In this document: piece by piece, positions 8,547-17,585 of the stretch
Position numbering within the stretch: position 1 is the first letter of the stretch
Layout of the letters: the number at the start of each line of letters is the position of its first letter
DNA from: Bacteroidota bacterium
GTDB lineage: Bacteria; Bacteroidota; Bacteroidia; UKL13-3
Assembly: GCA_947507965.1 (NCBI GenBank)
Contig: CANNQU010000004.1
Span: forward strand, 15,652 to 79,651
DNA length: 64,000 nucleotides
Direction of reading: 5' to 3'
The notes under the pieces: generated by a model
The model's input: only the letters and a program-made list of their open reading frames with translations
Told to the model about the DNA's origin: nothing
Database searches by the model: none
Position numbers and translations under genes: made by a program

Positions 8547-10622
8547 TTATGTTTTCAAAGGTATCTCAATTTTTACTGTTGTTCCAAATGCTACACCGGT
8601 ATCTCCTACTTTATCAATAATAACTACGGTTGCTTTCGTGTCGTAAATTCTATTAATCATATCGATTCGCTCAGCGGTAACTTTCATCCCCAGTGATTTA
8701 TGTTCGATTGCCGTCTTGCTTTTCAGGCGCTGTGCTAAATCTCTTCCTATCCCATTATCGTCGATGCTGGCGGTAAGAATATTGCCTTTCATAGAAAAAC
8801 TCAAGGTAATTTTACCGTCGCCATTATATTGCATCAAGCCATGCCAAATAGCATTTTCAACATAAGGTTGTAAGAGCATCGGAGGAATTTCCGTGTCCAT
8901 GATATCGATGTTCTCGTCTACAATTATTTCGTAACCAAATTTATGAGCAAAGCGTAAGGCTTCCATCTCAATATAAAGCTGTATTGCTGTAATCTCATTG
9001 CTGAGAGGTACTAGTTTTGTTCGTGAATTATCTAACACCAAACGAATTAATCTGGAAAATTTCGTGAGATAATCTGAGGCAATATCGGGCTTGCTTTTTA
9101 AGATGAAGAGGTTAATGGAATTCAGGCAATTAAAAATGAAATGAGGATTCATCTGTGCACGTAATGCAGCCATTTCGGTTTCTATTATTTTCTTTTGAAA
9201 ATCAGATTGAATCTGCTGAATGCGTTGCTCTTCGTAGTGTTTGTTTATTCGTAATACTTCATCGGTGCGTTTGTTAACCTGCACCTCGAGTTGTTCGTTC
9301 ATTTGTAGCTGCAATTTTTGGTTTTCCTTTAGTTGCATTATTAATTGCTCTTGGGCTCTCGTTTTTTCACGCTCTATTACACGGCTCTTATGCCCCAGTC
9401 CAACCGAAAAAAAGAGGATCTCAAGAATTACTCCTGTTTCGGCGAAGTTGCTTGGGATCATGATGGCTGAAGTTAAGAAAGTTTGGGAAAAGGCAAGGTA
9501 GGTCGCATAAATGATACCCAAAAACAAGCTAAGAGTACCCATTATAATATAGCGTGCTAAGATACTCTGACTAAAAAAAACCTGGATTAATGCAGCCAAC
9601 AAAATGCTATAATTTATAAATTTCTCAACAGCAAAAATGGTAATATTATTAACTTCGTATGGGCGGATATAAATTAGGGCCAGATCATTCGCAATCACTA
9701 GCACTAAGACCCTTACGGCAATGGTAATAAATTTTTGAAAGTATTTTTGATTGAGGTGTGTTTCTAAGAAGTATTCTACGAATTTCAGATAAAAGATTAA
9801 GCCAACGGCAGTAAGTAAATTTTCGAAACAATAAAAGAACTGTGGAAACCACGCGGTAATGAATCTTAAATTTGCATTAAATTCTAATAAACGTAAGAAA
9901 ATAAAAAAATTGGCCAAGATAAACACCGCATAATACACATAGCCTCTGTAATAGTTGCTGGAGAATTGTAAAATTGTAAATAAAAACATGAATAACATAC
10001 ATGCTAAAAAACAACTTTGAAATATTAAAAATGTAGAACGCGACCGTTCTTCTTGAGAATTAAATTGCTCGTATTGAGCAGGAGTATAAATTTTAAGCTT
10101 TATGTTTTGAATGAGCTTGAAAAAATTTTCAAGCTTTAAATAGTATATCTGAGTTCCGGATGGAGCAATGGTTATTTTAAATCCATATGGAATAGCATTT
10201 TTAGTATGTTTTTTATCGGGATATCCAAAGCCAGCTTTGGCTTCCATAAAGTACCCGTTTTTTTCAGCGTAAAGATTAATAATATCACATCGATTCGAAA
10301 GCAGCACGGCTTCAAAGGTATCGGCAGAGGTGTTTTGGATACTAATTTTGTACCATATATTTTGTTTGCCATAAGCGAACGACGAATTCATGGCTTCTGA
10401 AAAATCAATCGGCACAAATTGTTTGTCGATAATCTGGCTTAATACTAGGTTTTTACTACTATCAATAAAGGCTAAACACGAATTGGTTAGATCGACCCCA
10501 TCGGTAGAGGCCATAATTAAATTCGTGTTGGTAGTGATCGCCGACTGTGCTAATGCGACCCGTAAAGAGCACACAGAGAAAATTAGGATGAATCCCGGCA
10601 AGAAACATTTTTTATACCCCAT
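8547..10622 (-). CDS. Sensor histidine kinase, 7TMR-DISM extracellular domain + 7TM + LytS/YehU-type His_kinase + HATPase
   Basis: Signal peptide is followed by an approximately 180-aa extracellular beta-rich domain and seven TM helices. There is a coiled-coil linker, then the PF06580-type H-box NPHFIFNCLNSI and an ATPase domain (GIGRDL..). Confidence 0.85.
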   Translation of the reverse strand: MGYKKCFLPGFILIFSVCSLRVALAQSAITTNTNLIMASTDGVDLTNSCLAFIDSSKNLVLSQIIDKQFVPIDFSEAMNSSFAYGKQNIWYKISIQNTSADTFEAVLLSNRCDIINLYAEKNGYFMEAKAGFGYPDKKHTKNAIPYGFKITIAPSGTQIYYLKLENFFKLIQNIKLKIYTPAQYEQFNSQEERSRSTFLIFQSCFLACMLFMFLFTILQFSSNYYRGYVYYAVFILANFFIFLRLLEFNANLRFITAWFPQFFYCFENLLTAVGLIFYLKFVEYFLETHLNQKYFQKFITIAVRVLVLVIANDLALIYIRPYEVNNITIFAVEKFINYSILLAALIQVFFSQSILARYIIMGTLSLFLGIIYATYLAFSQTFLTSAIMIPSNFAETGVILEILFFSVGLGHKSRVIEREKTRAQEQLIMQLKENQKLQLQMNEQLEVQVNKRTDEVLRINKHYEEQRIQQIQSDFQKKIIETEMAALRAQMNPHFIFNCLNSINLFILKSKPDIASDYLTKFSRLIRLVLDNSRTKLVPLSNEITAIQLYIEMEALRFAHKFGYEIIVDENIDIMDTEIPPMLLQPYVENAIWHGLMQYNGDGKITLSFSMKGNILTASIDDNGIGRDLAQRLKSKTAIEHKSLGMKVTAERIDMINRIYDTKATVVIIDKVGDTGVAFGTTVKIEIPLKT

Positions 10623-10788
10623 TCGAATATTCGTGTCGGCACAAATAAATAAAAAAAATTTGAACTTAGATCGAATCGAATCGATAATTGTTGATTTAAC
10701 ACCAAATTCAAGAAATGAGGCTAGTAAAACCGACGACTATTGCTTAATGCTCGATAAACTGTTATTTTGCAAGGTTTAAGAATTAATA

Positions 10789-11994
10789 ATGTATCCACTT
10801 TCAATATACGATCGAAAGAAGCGCTGGAAGATCTGGTTATTTTTTGTTGCCATCGCGATAGCTATCTTTACCCTGCTATACACCGATTATATGGTAAAAA
10901 AGCTCTCTTCGGAGGAGCGGAGCAAAATGCAACAATGGGCAGACGCTTACCGCTTAATTACATCTGACGAAGATCTAAGTTCTGGAACTCAAAACTACTT
11001 ATTAAATAGCGTTATTAGAGCCAATAGAACGATTCCTGTAATACTTGCAGATGAGAAAGGAAATATTAATTCGGTGCTGAATTTTGATTCGGTAAAAGAT
11101 TCTGATCCTGAATTTTTGAAGAGTGCCTACATCGTAAAGCAGCTTCATCAGATGCAAAGCAGCAGTGACAGCATAAAATTCTATTTCGATCCGAGTGACT
11201 CCACCCGATACAATATTTTATACTATAAAGAAAGTACAATCCTGCAACAGTTACGTTACTATCCTTTTGTTCAATTAGGCATCATCGCACTCTTTTTACT
11301 GGTTTCGTATTTAGCATTCTCGGCTTCTCGCCGAAGCGAGCAAAATAAAGTGTGGTTAGGAATGAGTAAAGAAACGGCTCATCAGTTGGGTACCCCAATT
11401 TCATCGTTGATGGCTTGGATGGAAATGATAAAAAGCGATAGGGCAAATATTGACCTTACCTTGGTGGAGGAAATGGATAAGGACTTACAAAGGCTTAATT
11501 TAATTACGGAACGTTTTAGTAAGATTGGTTCTGAACCGATATTGAAAGAGGCCAATGTTTGCGAAGTGGTGTCTATGGCTTTAGATTATATGTCGAAACG
11601 AAGTAGTAATAAGGTAATCTTTATTTTCGAGAAAAACAATGCTTCCGATAGCCTTTGCATGCTCAATATTCCTCTCTTTGAATGGGTGATTGAAAATCTC
11701 ACGAAGAACGCTATCGATGCCATGAATGGAGAGGGGAAGATCACGTGCTCTTTGACCGATTTAGGGAATCATATCATTCTTGATTTCTCTGATACCGGTA
11801 AAGGGCTAAAAACCACTCAATTTAAAGCGATATTTAATCCTGGGTTTACTACGAAGAAACGAGGGTGGGGCATGGGTTTAAGTTTAGTAAAACGCATTGT
11901 TGAATCGTACCATAGGGGCAAGATATATGTGCGTCATAGTGAGGTAAATAAAGGAACTAAGATACGGATTCAGTTACGAAAAACGAATTCGTAA
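10789..11994 (+). CDS. Sensor histidine kinase (two TM, HisKA-like H-box, HATPase_c)
   Basis: Two TM segments flank an approximately 150-aa periplasmic domain. H-box is AHQLGTPISSL. N-box is ENLTKNAIDA. G-boxes are DTGKGL and GWGMGLSL. No response regulator is adjacent. Confidence 0.8.
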   Translation: MYPLSIYDRKKRWKIWLFFVAIAIAIFTLLYTDYMVKKLSSEERSKMQQWADAYRLITSDEDLSSGTQNYLLNSVIRANRTIPVILADEKGNINSVLNFDSVKDSDPEFLKSAYIVKQLHQMQSSSDSIKFYFDPSDSTRYNILYYKESTILQQLRYYPFVQLGIIALFLLVSYLAFSASRRSEQNKVWLGMSKETAHQLGTPISSLMAWMEMIKSDRANIDLTLVEEMDKDLQRLNLITERFSKIGSEPILKEANVCEVVSMALDYMSKRSSNKVIFIFEKNNASDSLCMLNIPLFEWVIENLTKNAIDAMNGEGKITCSLTDLGNHIILDFSDTGKGLKTTQFKAIFNPGFTTKKRGWGMGLSLVKRIVESYHRGKIYVRHSEVNKGTKIRIQLRKTNS

Positions 11995-12059
11995 TTCAAT
12001 TTCCACCGATGCATATTTACGTATTGCCCATTGAAATTAGTATGAATAGCGGAGGCAAA

Positions 12060-12095
12060 TAAAAACCTGGATGATTCTTTCATCCAGGTTTTGTT
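12060..12095. terminator. Bidirectional rho-independent terminator between convergent genes
   Basis: Perfect 9-bp stem acctggatg / catccaggt with loop attcttt. It has an A-run upstream and ttttgtt downstream. Confidence 0.7.
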
Positions 12096-12107
12096 GTAGA
12101 ATAAAAA

Positions 12108-12488
12108 TTAAACCGTTTCTTTTTTCTCTTCTGTTTCGTTCCAGTTTCCACAATGGTTACTCCATCTAGTTTTCATTTGTGTTTTAAATTTCTCACGTTC
12201 CTCCGGTGACATTTTTGCCATTCGCTGTTCCATTCTTTCTTTCCAATGACGCTGTTCGCCGAATCCATGATTACAGCCCCCACGATGACCGGAGTGTCTT
12301 CCCCATCCTCCTACCAGAAGACGCATCAGAACCAATATTCCGATGGCCTGTGCAAAGCCGATACCTCCCGTAAAGACGGATGGGATGAGCCAGTTCCATA
12401 AATGCATTATAATATAACCACCTAAAAGAATAAATCCTGCGGCGAATATTATAAATTTCAATCCTTTTAAAATCCAAAATCGTTTCAT
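12108..12488 (-). CDS. Small His/Gly/Trp-rich membrane protein; C-terminal region resembles periplasmic Spy/CpxP-like LTxxQ proteins (putative ECF-sigma-associated stress protein)
   Basis: Two predicted TM helices. It contains an LWNWLIP..FTG motif and a GGWGRHSGHRGGCNHG segment. The charged helical tail (MSPEEREKFKTQMKTRW) sits two genes downstream of an ECF sigma gene. Confidence 0.45.
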   Translation of the reverse strand: MKRFWILKGLKFIIFAAGFILLGGYIIMHLWNWLIPSVFTGGIGFAQAIGILVLMRLLVGGWGRHSGHRGGCNHGFGEQRHWKERMEQRMAKMSPEEREKFKTQMKTRWSNHCGNWNETEEKKETV

Positions 12489-12514
12489 GTTATTTAAAAA
12501 TTAATTGTTAAAGA

Positions 12515-12799
12515 TTATTTAATACTGTTTTTTTCAATGTTACATTGTTCTTGAAGTGTGCAATTTCCATCATGTAGTCCATGATTCCCACTCCAATGCC
12601 TTCCTCCATTTAATCCACCAAAGAGGATGAAAGACAAGGCCATTATGCCGAGAGCATGTTTGAATTTTATTCTTGGCCCGGTGAATAATTCTGGTACCAG
12701 CCAGTTCCAAAGTTTTACTACCACAAAAGCGGTGATGGCTATGGTGGTGATGACGATGGCGAAAAACTTTAAAGCCATCAATAAAGAAAGTGTTGTCAT
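12515..12799 (-). CDS. Small His/Gly-rich membrane protein, paralog of 12108..12488
   Basis: Same architecture: TM1, the LWNWLVPELFTG motif, TM2, then a GGLNGGRHWSGNHGLHDGNC segment. The motif and spacing are conserved with the downstream paralog. Confidence 0.45.
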   Translation of the reverse strand: MTTLSLLMALKFFAIVITTIAITAFVVVKLWNWLVPELFTGPRIKFKHALGIMALSFILFGGLNGGRHWSGNHGLHDGNCTLQEQCNIEKNSIK

Positions 12800-12811
12800 G
12801 GGTTAAAAAAA

Positions 12812-13402
12812 TTAATAGTTTAATAAATCGTCGTATAAATATTGCAAACGTTCGCGCAAGTAGATTACCGCATATCTTTTGCGAGAGATGAGTGTTTTTA
12901 CCGACACACCCGTTAATTCAGAAATCTGTTCAAATTTGTAGCCTTCGAATTCATGCATTTCGAAAACTTCTTTCTGCTCTTGGGGTAATTCATCGAGTCC
13001 TTGAATCACCGCCTCCATAATACTTTCGCGCATCAGTATCGTGTCGGCCGAGTCGTCGGAACTTGGAAGGATATCAGCCCAAAGAAACGTGTCATCATCA
13101 TCATGATCTAGTTTCAAATCATGGTCGAGTTTGGTCGTTTTTTGCTTCCGGTAGGAATCGGTAATTTTGTTTCGGGCTACAGTAAACAACCATGAAGCCA
13201 GTTGTTGTACAGGCTTCATTAGCCGATAACTCTGTATCAATTCATAAAACACCTCTTGCAAAATATCCTCTGCATCTTCTTCTTCAGGGATCCTAAATCG
13301 AATAAAATCGAGTAGGCGACGACGGTTCGTAGTTACTACTTTTTCAATTTCCTGATTCTGCTGATTTGTTTTTTCTGTCATTGCAAGCGTCACAACATCC
13401 AT
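12812..13402 (-). CDS. RNA polymerase ECF-type sigma-70 factor
   Basis: Sigma-70 region 2 (ILQEVFYELIQSYR...ASWLFTVARNKITDSYRK). Region 4 HTH (EQISELTGVSVKTLISRKRYAVIYLRERL). An acidic DHDLKLDHDDDD insertion separates the two. The true start is possibly the internal Met (MTEKTN). Confidence 0.8.
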   Translation of the reverse strand: MDVVTLAMTEKTNQQNQEIEKVVTTNRRRLLDFIRFRIPEEEDAEDILQEVFYELIQSYRLMKPVQQLASWLFTVARNKITDSYRKQKTTKLDHDLKLDHDDDDTFLWADILPSSDDSADTILMRESIMEAVIQGLDELPQEQKEVFEMHEFEGYKFEQISELTGVSVKTLISRKRYAVIYLRERLQYLYDDLLNY

Positions 13403-13605
13403 ACGTAGGAGTAAAGACGAACGAGATGGAAAAATACTTTAAATTATTTTATTTTGGATACCATTCGTGATTTCACGCAGTGGATTTGTTTATGCCCAAC
13501 CGTTCATCATCCATTCAAATTTATTGCCCTGTATGAAAGGTTAATGAGATAAAATTATTTTAGGAAACAATGAAAATTGCAGGCCGCAGAGCAGATTGTT
13601 ATTTG

Positions 13606-14100
13606 CTATCCTCCAAACGTTTTTGCTTTTTCGAGTACTTCTTCGGCAAGCTTCGCCTTATAATCTAGAACCTTTTGTTGGAGTAAAGGGTCGGCGGTAG
13701 CTAAAATTTGCATGGCTAAAATACCCGCATTCTTTGCTCCGTTCAAAGCCACGGTGGCAACAGGAATTCCGCTAGGCATTTGTAAGATAGAGAGAATGGA
13801 GTCCCAGCCGTCGATGCTATTACTGCTTTTTACAGGCACTCCAATGATAGGTAAAGGTGATAAACTTGCAATTACACCCGCAAGATGTGCTGCCCCACCT
13901 GCGCCAGCTATAATAACCTTTAGACCTCGCGTATGCGCTGTTGTAGCATATTCTAAGGCTCGATGAGGCGTACGATGTGCCGATATGATGGAGACCTCAT
14001 GCGGAATATTTTGTTCTTTTAAGAAATCGGAAGCGGCCTTCATCACAGCCCAATCGCTGTCGCTGCCCATAATGATACCTATTAATGGTGTTGAACTCAT
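13606..14100 (-). CDS. purE: N5-carboxyaminoimidazole ribonucleotide mutase
   Basis: Full-length match to the PurE fold signature: GIIMGSDSDW, SAHRTP, AGGAAHLAGVIAS. Length is about 160 aa. Confidence 0.9.
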   Translation of the reverse strand: MSSTPLIGIIMGSDSDWAVMKAASDFLKEQNIPHEVSIISAHRTPHRALEYATTAHTRGLKVIIAGAGGAAHLAGVIASLSPLPIIGVPVKSSNSIDGWDSILSILQMPSGIPVATVALNGAKNAGILAMQILATADPLLQQKVLDYKAKLAEEVLEKAKTFGG

Positions 14101-14252
14101 GGTTTATTTTTTTTGTAAGTTAAAATGACAAGGCCATCGTTTGTTGAATTTTTGTTTTAATCATACCGGGAGCATGCCGTTGAAGTTGCAAAGATATAAT
14201 TTTTCCGAAAGGCGAGGGTTTTTTTGAGTATCTTAGGAGGAAATGGATAGAA

Positions 14253-15017
14253 TTATATCTTCCATTTCGCCTCCCCATATAAAAACGCCTTTTTTTCATC
14301 CCCAATACTTAAAACGATGCTCCCATTGGCAAGGACTTCGTTAACTTGACACAGTATCACTTTTTCATGAACGATGAAGTTTTGCTCGTGATATACCTTA
14401 TAAAGCAGCTGAAAGTAATCGCCGTCAATTTTTTTATGGTTTTTAAGTTGTAGTTGCAAATAGCGAGCGCTTATATAGGCAAGTAAAAGATCTACGACCT
14501 CTTGTAGAACATAGATCTCGCCTGTGTTTTTACGTAATGACGTGGGGTTGTTATCGCTCCGAAAATTGACTTGATTTACATTTAGACCCACCCCGACCAC
14601 CGTATATTTTACGTATTCACCCTGAATGGTATTCTCGATTAAAATACCTGCAATTTTTTGCGAATCAATATAAATATCGTTGGGCCATTTAATTCGAGTA
14701 GGGTTATTTGCAAAATGTGACACGGTGCTTTGAACTGCTAAAGCAATACATTTACTTAGTCGGAATGCCTCACTGGCCAAAAGATTTTTTGGCTTTAATA
14801 AGATACTAAGGGTAACATTTTCACCCTTCTCCGTAAGCCATTCGTTAGCATGTTGCCCTCTGCCGTTGGTTTGATCTAATGCCCACACGACGGTTCCTTC
14901 CGGCAGCCCATCGCAATCCGACACGGCTTGCTTTAGGTAGTCGTTGGTACTCGGCAACGAGTCGAAAAGCTGAATTTGAGTTGGTAAGAACTGTATCGGG
15001 GCGAAAGCGGTTGTCAA
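14253..15017 (-). CDS. birA: Biotin--[acetyl-CoA-carboxylase] ligase
   Basis: Biotin-binding loop GRGQHANEW (GRGRRGR.W-type). The protein has the BPL/LPL catalytic domain layout and a C-terminal SH3-like tail. It is about 250 aa and lacks an N-terminal HTH (group I BirA). Confidence 0.8.
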   Translation of the reverse strand: MTTAFAPIQFLPTQIQLFDSLPSTNDYLKQAVSDCDGLPEGTVVWALDQTNGRGQHANEWLTEKGENVTLSILLKPKNLLASEAFRLSKCIALAVQSTVSHFANNPTRIKWPNDIYIDSQKIAGILIENTIQGEYVKYTVVGVGLNVNQVNFRSDNNPTSLRKNTGEIYVLQEVVDLLLAYISARYLQLQLKNHKKIDGDYFQLLYKVYHEQNFIVHEKVILCQVNEVLANGSIVLSIGDEKKAFLYGEAKWKI

Positions 15018-15060
15018 ATTTTAATTGCGTAATTTTGAAGCGGCAAATTTAATATAGTTA

Positions 15061-15435
15061 ATGCGAAAAATAAAACCCGTCAACGACACCGATCAATTAA
15101 TACCGAGTATAATTAAAGGTATTCAGGAGAAAAAAGGCAAGGACATTGTAGTTTTAGACTTGAGACAGTTAAGAGCTCGAGCTACCGATGTATTCATTGT
15201 ATGTCATGCCGACAGCACTACTCAAGTTGCGGCAATATACAAAAGTGTTGAGGAAGAGGTTCATAAATCCAATAATGAATGGCCTTGGCATACCGAGGGG
15301 CAGCAAAATTCGGAATGGATTTTACTCGATTACATCAATGTTGTAGTGCATGTGTTTCTAAAAGAGCGTCGTGAATTCTATGGTATTGAAGATCTTTGGG
15401 GTGATGCCCAAATAGAGAAAATCGAAAATGTGTAG
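15061..15435 (+). CDS. rsfS: Ribosome silencing factor RsfS (Iojap family)
   Basis: Motifs VVLDLRQL...TDVFIVCHADSTTQVAAI and W.LLDY.NVVVHVF match the RsfS/Iojap family. It is located immediately upstream of ftsH, a conserved arrangement. Confidence 0.85.
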   Translation: MRKIKPVNDTDQLIPSIIKGIQEKKGKDIVVLDLRQLRARATDVFIVCHADSTTQVAAIYKSVEEEVHKSNNEWPWHTEGQQNSEWILLDYINVVVHVFLKERREFYGIEDLWGDAQIEKIENV

Positions 15436-15520
15436 AAGTTTTAATCTCTGCCACTTTGACCTATGTTTATTATGGAATAGCATTTGGGATAATATTTTCA
15501 CGAAATAGTAATAATTTAAT

Positions 15521-17566
15521 ATGAGCGACGAAACGAAAGAACCTGGAAGTGACTTTGATAACCAGCAAAAGCAAGAGCCTAAGCGTCCGGTGTCAAGTGA
15601 TGATTTGTCTCCCAAGAACACGAATAGTAAGTCAGGATCTCGCAAACCACAAATCCCGAAATTTAATGTTTATTGGATTTATGGAATCATTGCCGCTGTT
15701 CTTCTTATTTCCTTGTTTATGGAGAACGAAAGTGCGGTTGGGACAAGTTGGACTAAAGTGGAGCGTGAAATGCTCCCCTCCAATGACGTCAAAAAAATTA
15801 TTAAGGACCGCGATCATTTGAGGGTCTATGTAGTAATTAATAAAGATTCGGTACGTGTTAAAGAACCGTATAAAAAAGACCTTCAGAAACTAAGTGCAGA
15901 TAGGCCTACAGGGCATTACGTATTTCATGTAAGCGACTGGGAAAGTTTTAATCGTGAACTCGATGAGGTACTAAAAGTAACCGATTCGAAACACGAAGTA
16001 GAAGTTGTTACGGATCCTAATGGTGGCGGCTGGACCGACATTTTTAATGTAGGGAACATTATGCTACTTGTTATGATCGTAATCTTTTCGGTTGTCATGT
16101 TCAGGAAGGTAAGTGGTGGTGGAGCTGGTGGTGGTGCAGGCTCTCAAATATTTAATATAGGAAAAAGCCGTGCCACCTTGTTTGATAAAGACACCAAGGT
16201 AAACATAAATTTTGCAGATGTGGCCGGATTAGAGGAGGCGAAACAAGAGGTGATGGAGATCGTCGACTTCTTAAAGAATCCAAAAAAATACACCAACTTA
16301 GGTGGAAAAATTCCTAAAGGGGCATTGTTAATAGGCCCTCCAGGAACAGGTAAAACTTTACTGGCAAAAGCGGTTGCCGGAGAAGCTAGTGTACCTTTCT
16401 TTTCTTTGTCGGGAAGCGATTTCGTAGAGATGTTCGTGGGGGTAGGCGCTTCGAGAGTGCGCGATTTGTTTCGGCAGGCCAAAGAAAAGGCACCGTGCAT
16501 TATCTTTATTGATGAGATCGACGCCATCGGGAGGGCTCGTGGAAAAAATTCGGTTCAGGGCGGTAATGACGAACGGGAAAACACCTTGAATCAATTGCTA
16601 ACGGAGATGGATGGTTTTGGTACCGACAGTGGTGTAATTATTCTTGCGGCGACCAATAGACCTGATATTTTAGATACGGCATTATTGCGTCCAGGTCGTT
16701 TTGATCGACAAATTGGCGTAGATAGACCCGACCTTAGTGGTCGTGAGCAAATTTTCAAGGTACATTTGAAAGGCTTAAAACTCGACGCTTCTATCGATCC
16801 ACATAAGTTAGCATTACAAACTCCGGGGTTTGTGGGTGCTGATATTGCCAATATATGTAATGAAGCGGCATTGTTTGCTGCCCGACGTGATAAAATTGCT
16901 ATAGAGATGCAGGATTTCAATGATGCGATAGACCGAGTTATTGGAGGACTTGAGAAGAAGAACAAATTAATATCTCCGGAGGAGAAAAAGATTGTTGCCT
17001 ACCATGAAGCCGGACATGCTATTACCGGGTGGTTTCTAGAACATGCCGACCCGTTGGTAAAAGTAACGATTGTACCACGAGGAGTGGCGGCGTTGGGTTA
17101 CGCTCAATATTTGCCAAAAGATCAATATTTATATACCACCGAACAGCTTACCGATAGCATGTGTATGACCTTAGGCGGGCGTGCTAGCGAAGATTTAGTG
17201 TTTGGTAAAATATCGACGGGAGCGCAGAATGATTTGGAACGTATTACAAAATTAGCTTACGGCATGGTTACCGTTTATGGCATGAACAGTAAGGTGGGGA
17301 ATGTTTCTTTTAACAATTTTAGTCAGGATGAGTTTGTGATGGGGAAACCCTATAGCGAAAAAACAGCGGAGTTAATAGATAATGAAGTACGTGGAATTAT
17401 AGATTCTGCCTATCAACGTACCCGTAATTTACTTATTGAAAAACGTGAGGAACTTGAAATAGTCGCACAGAAACTTTTGGAGAAAGAGGTTTTATTTCAA
17501 ACGGACCTGGAAGTGTTATTAGGAAAACGGCCATGGGGCGCAAAAACAATAGAAGGGGCAGTTTAG
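15521..17566 (+). CDS. ftsH: ATP-dependent zinc metalloprotease FtsH
   Basis: Two TM helices. AAA+ module with Walker A GPPGTGKT, Walker B IIFIDEID and SRH. Zn protease motif HEAGHAI. There is an unusual glycine-rich linker [10 protein letters not shown] before the AAA domain. Confidence 0.95.
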   Translation: MSDETKEPGSDFDNQQKQEPKRPVSSDDLSPKNTNSKSGSRKPQIPKFNVYWIYGIIAAVLLISLFMENESAVGTSWTKVEREMLPSNDVKKIIKDRDHLRVYVVINKDSVRVKEPYKKDLQKLSADRPTGHYVFHVSDWESFNRELDEVLKVTDSKHEVEVVTDPNGGGWTDIFNVGNIMLLVMIVIFSVVMFRKVSGGGAGGGAGSQIFNIGKSRATLFDKDTKVNINFADVAGLEEAKQEVMEIVDFLKNPKKYTNLGGKIPKGALLIGPPGTGKTLLAKAVAGEASVPFFSLSGSDFVEMFVGVGASRVRDLFRQAKEKAPCIIFIDEIDAIGRARGKNSVQGGNDERENTLNQLLTEMDGFGTDSGVIILAATNRPDILDTALLRPGRFDRQIGVDRPDLSGREQIFKVHLKGLKLDASIDPHKLALQTPGFVGADIANICNEAALFAARRDKIAIEMQDFNDAIDRVIGGLEKKNKLISPEEKKIVAYHEAGHAITGWFLEHADPLVKVTIVPRGVAALGYAQYLPKDQYLYTTEQLTDSMCMTLGGRASEDLVFGKISTGAQNDLERITKLAYGMVTVYGMNSKVGNVSFNNFSQDEFVMGKPYSEKTAELIDNEVRGIIDSAYQRTRNLLIEKREELEIVAQKLLEKEVLFQTDLEVLLGKRPWGAKTIEGAV

Positions 17567-17585
17567 GAGAATAGTCCAATCGTGC

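Noticed and set aside
10390-10967. ORFs 10390..10779 and 10767..10967 on the plus strand
   Set aside because: The first overlaps the 5' end of the minus-strand kinase gene. The second is out of frame within the kinase gene 10789..11994. The in-frame start at 10789 gives a proper TM-containing N-terminus, so these alternatives are spurious.
12271-12477. ORF 12271..12477 overlapping the small membrane protein gene in another frame
   Set aside because: It is shorter and lacks TM features. The overlapping frame 12108..12488 is paralogous to the neighbouring gene, which supports that frame instead.
16100-16140. GGTGGTGGAGCTGGTGGTGGTGCAGGC microsatellite-like stretch
   Set aside because: It encodes a Gly-rich linker ([10 protein letters not shown]) inside FtsH. 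It is in-frame and not an intergenic repeat.
16144-16965. Antisense ORFs within ftsH
   Set aside because: They are embedded in the FtsH AAA domain coding region and have no independent signals.
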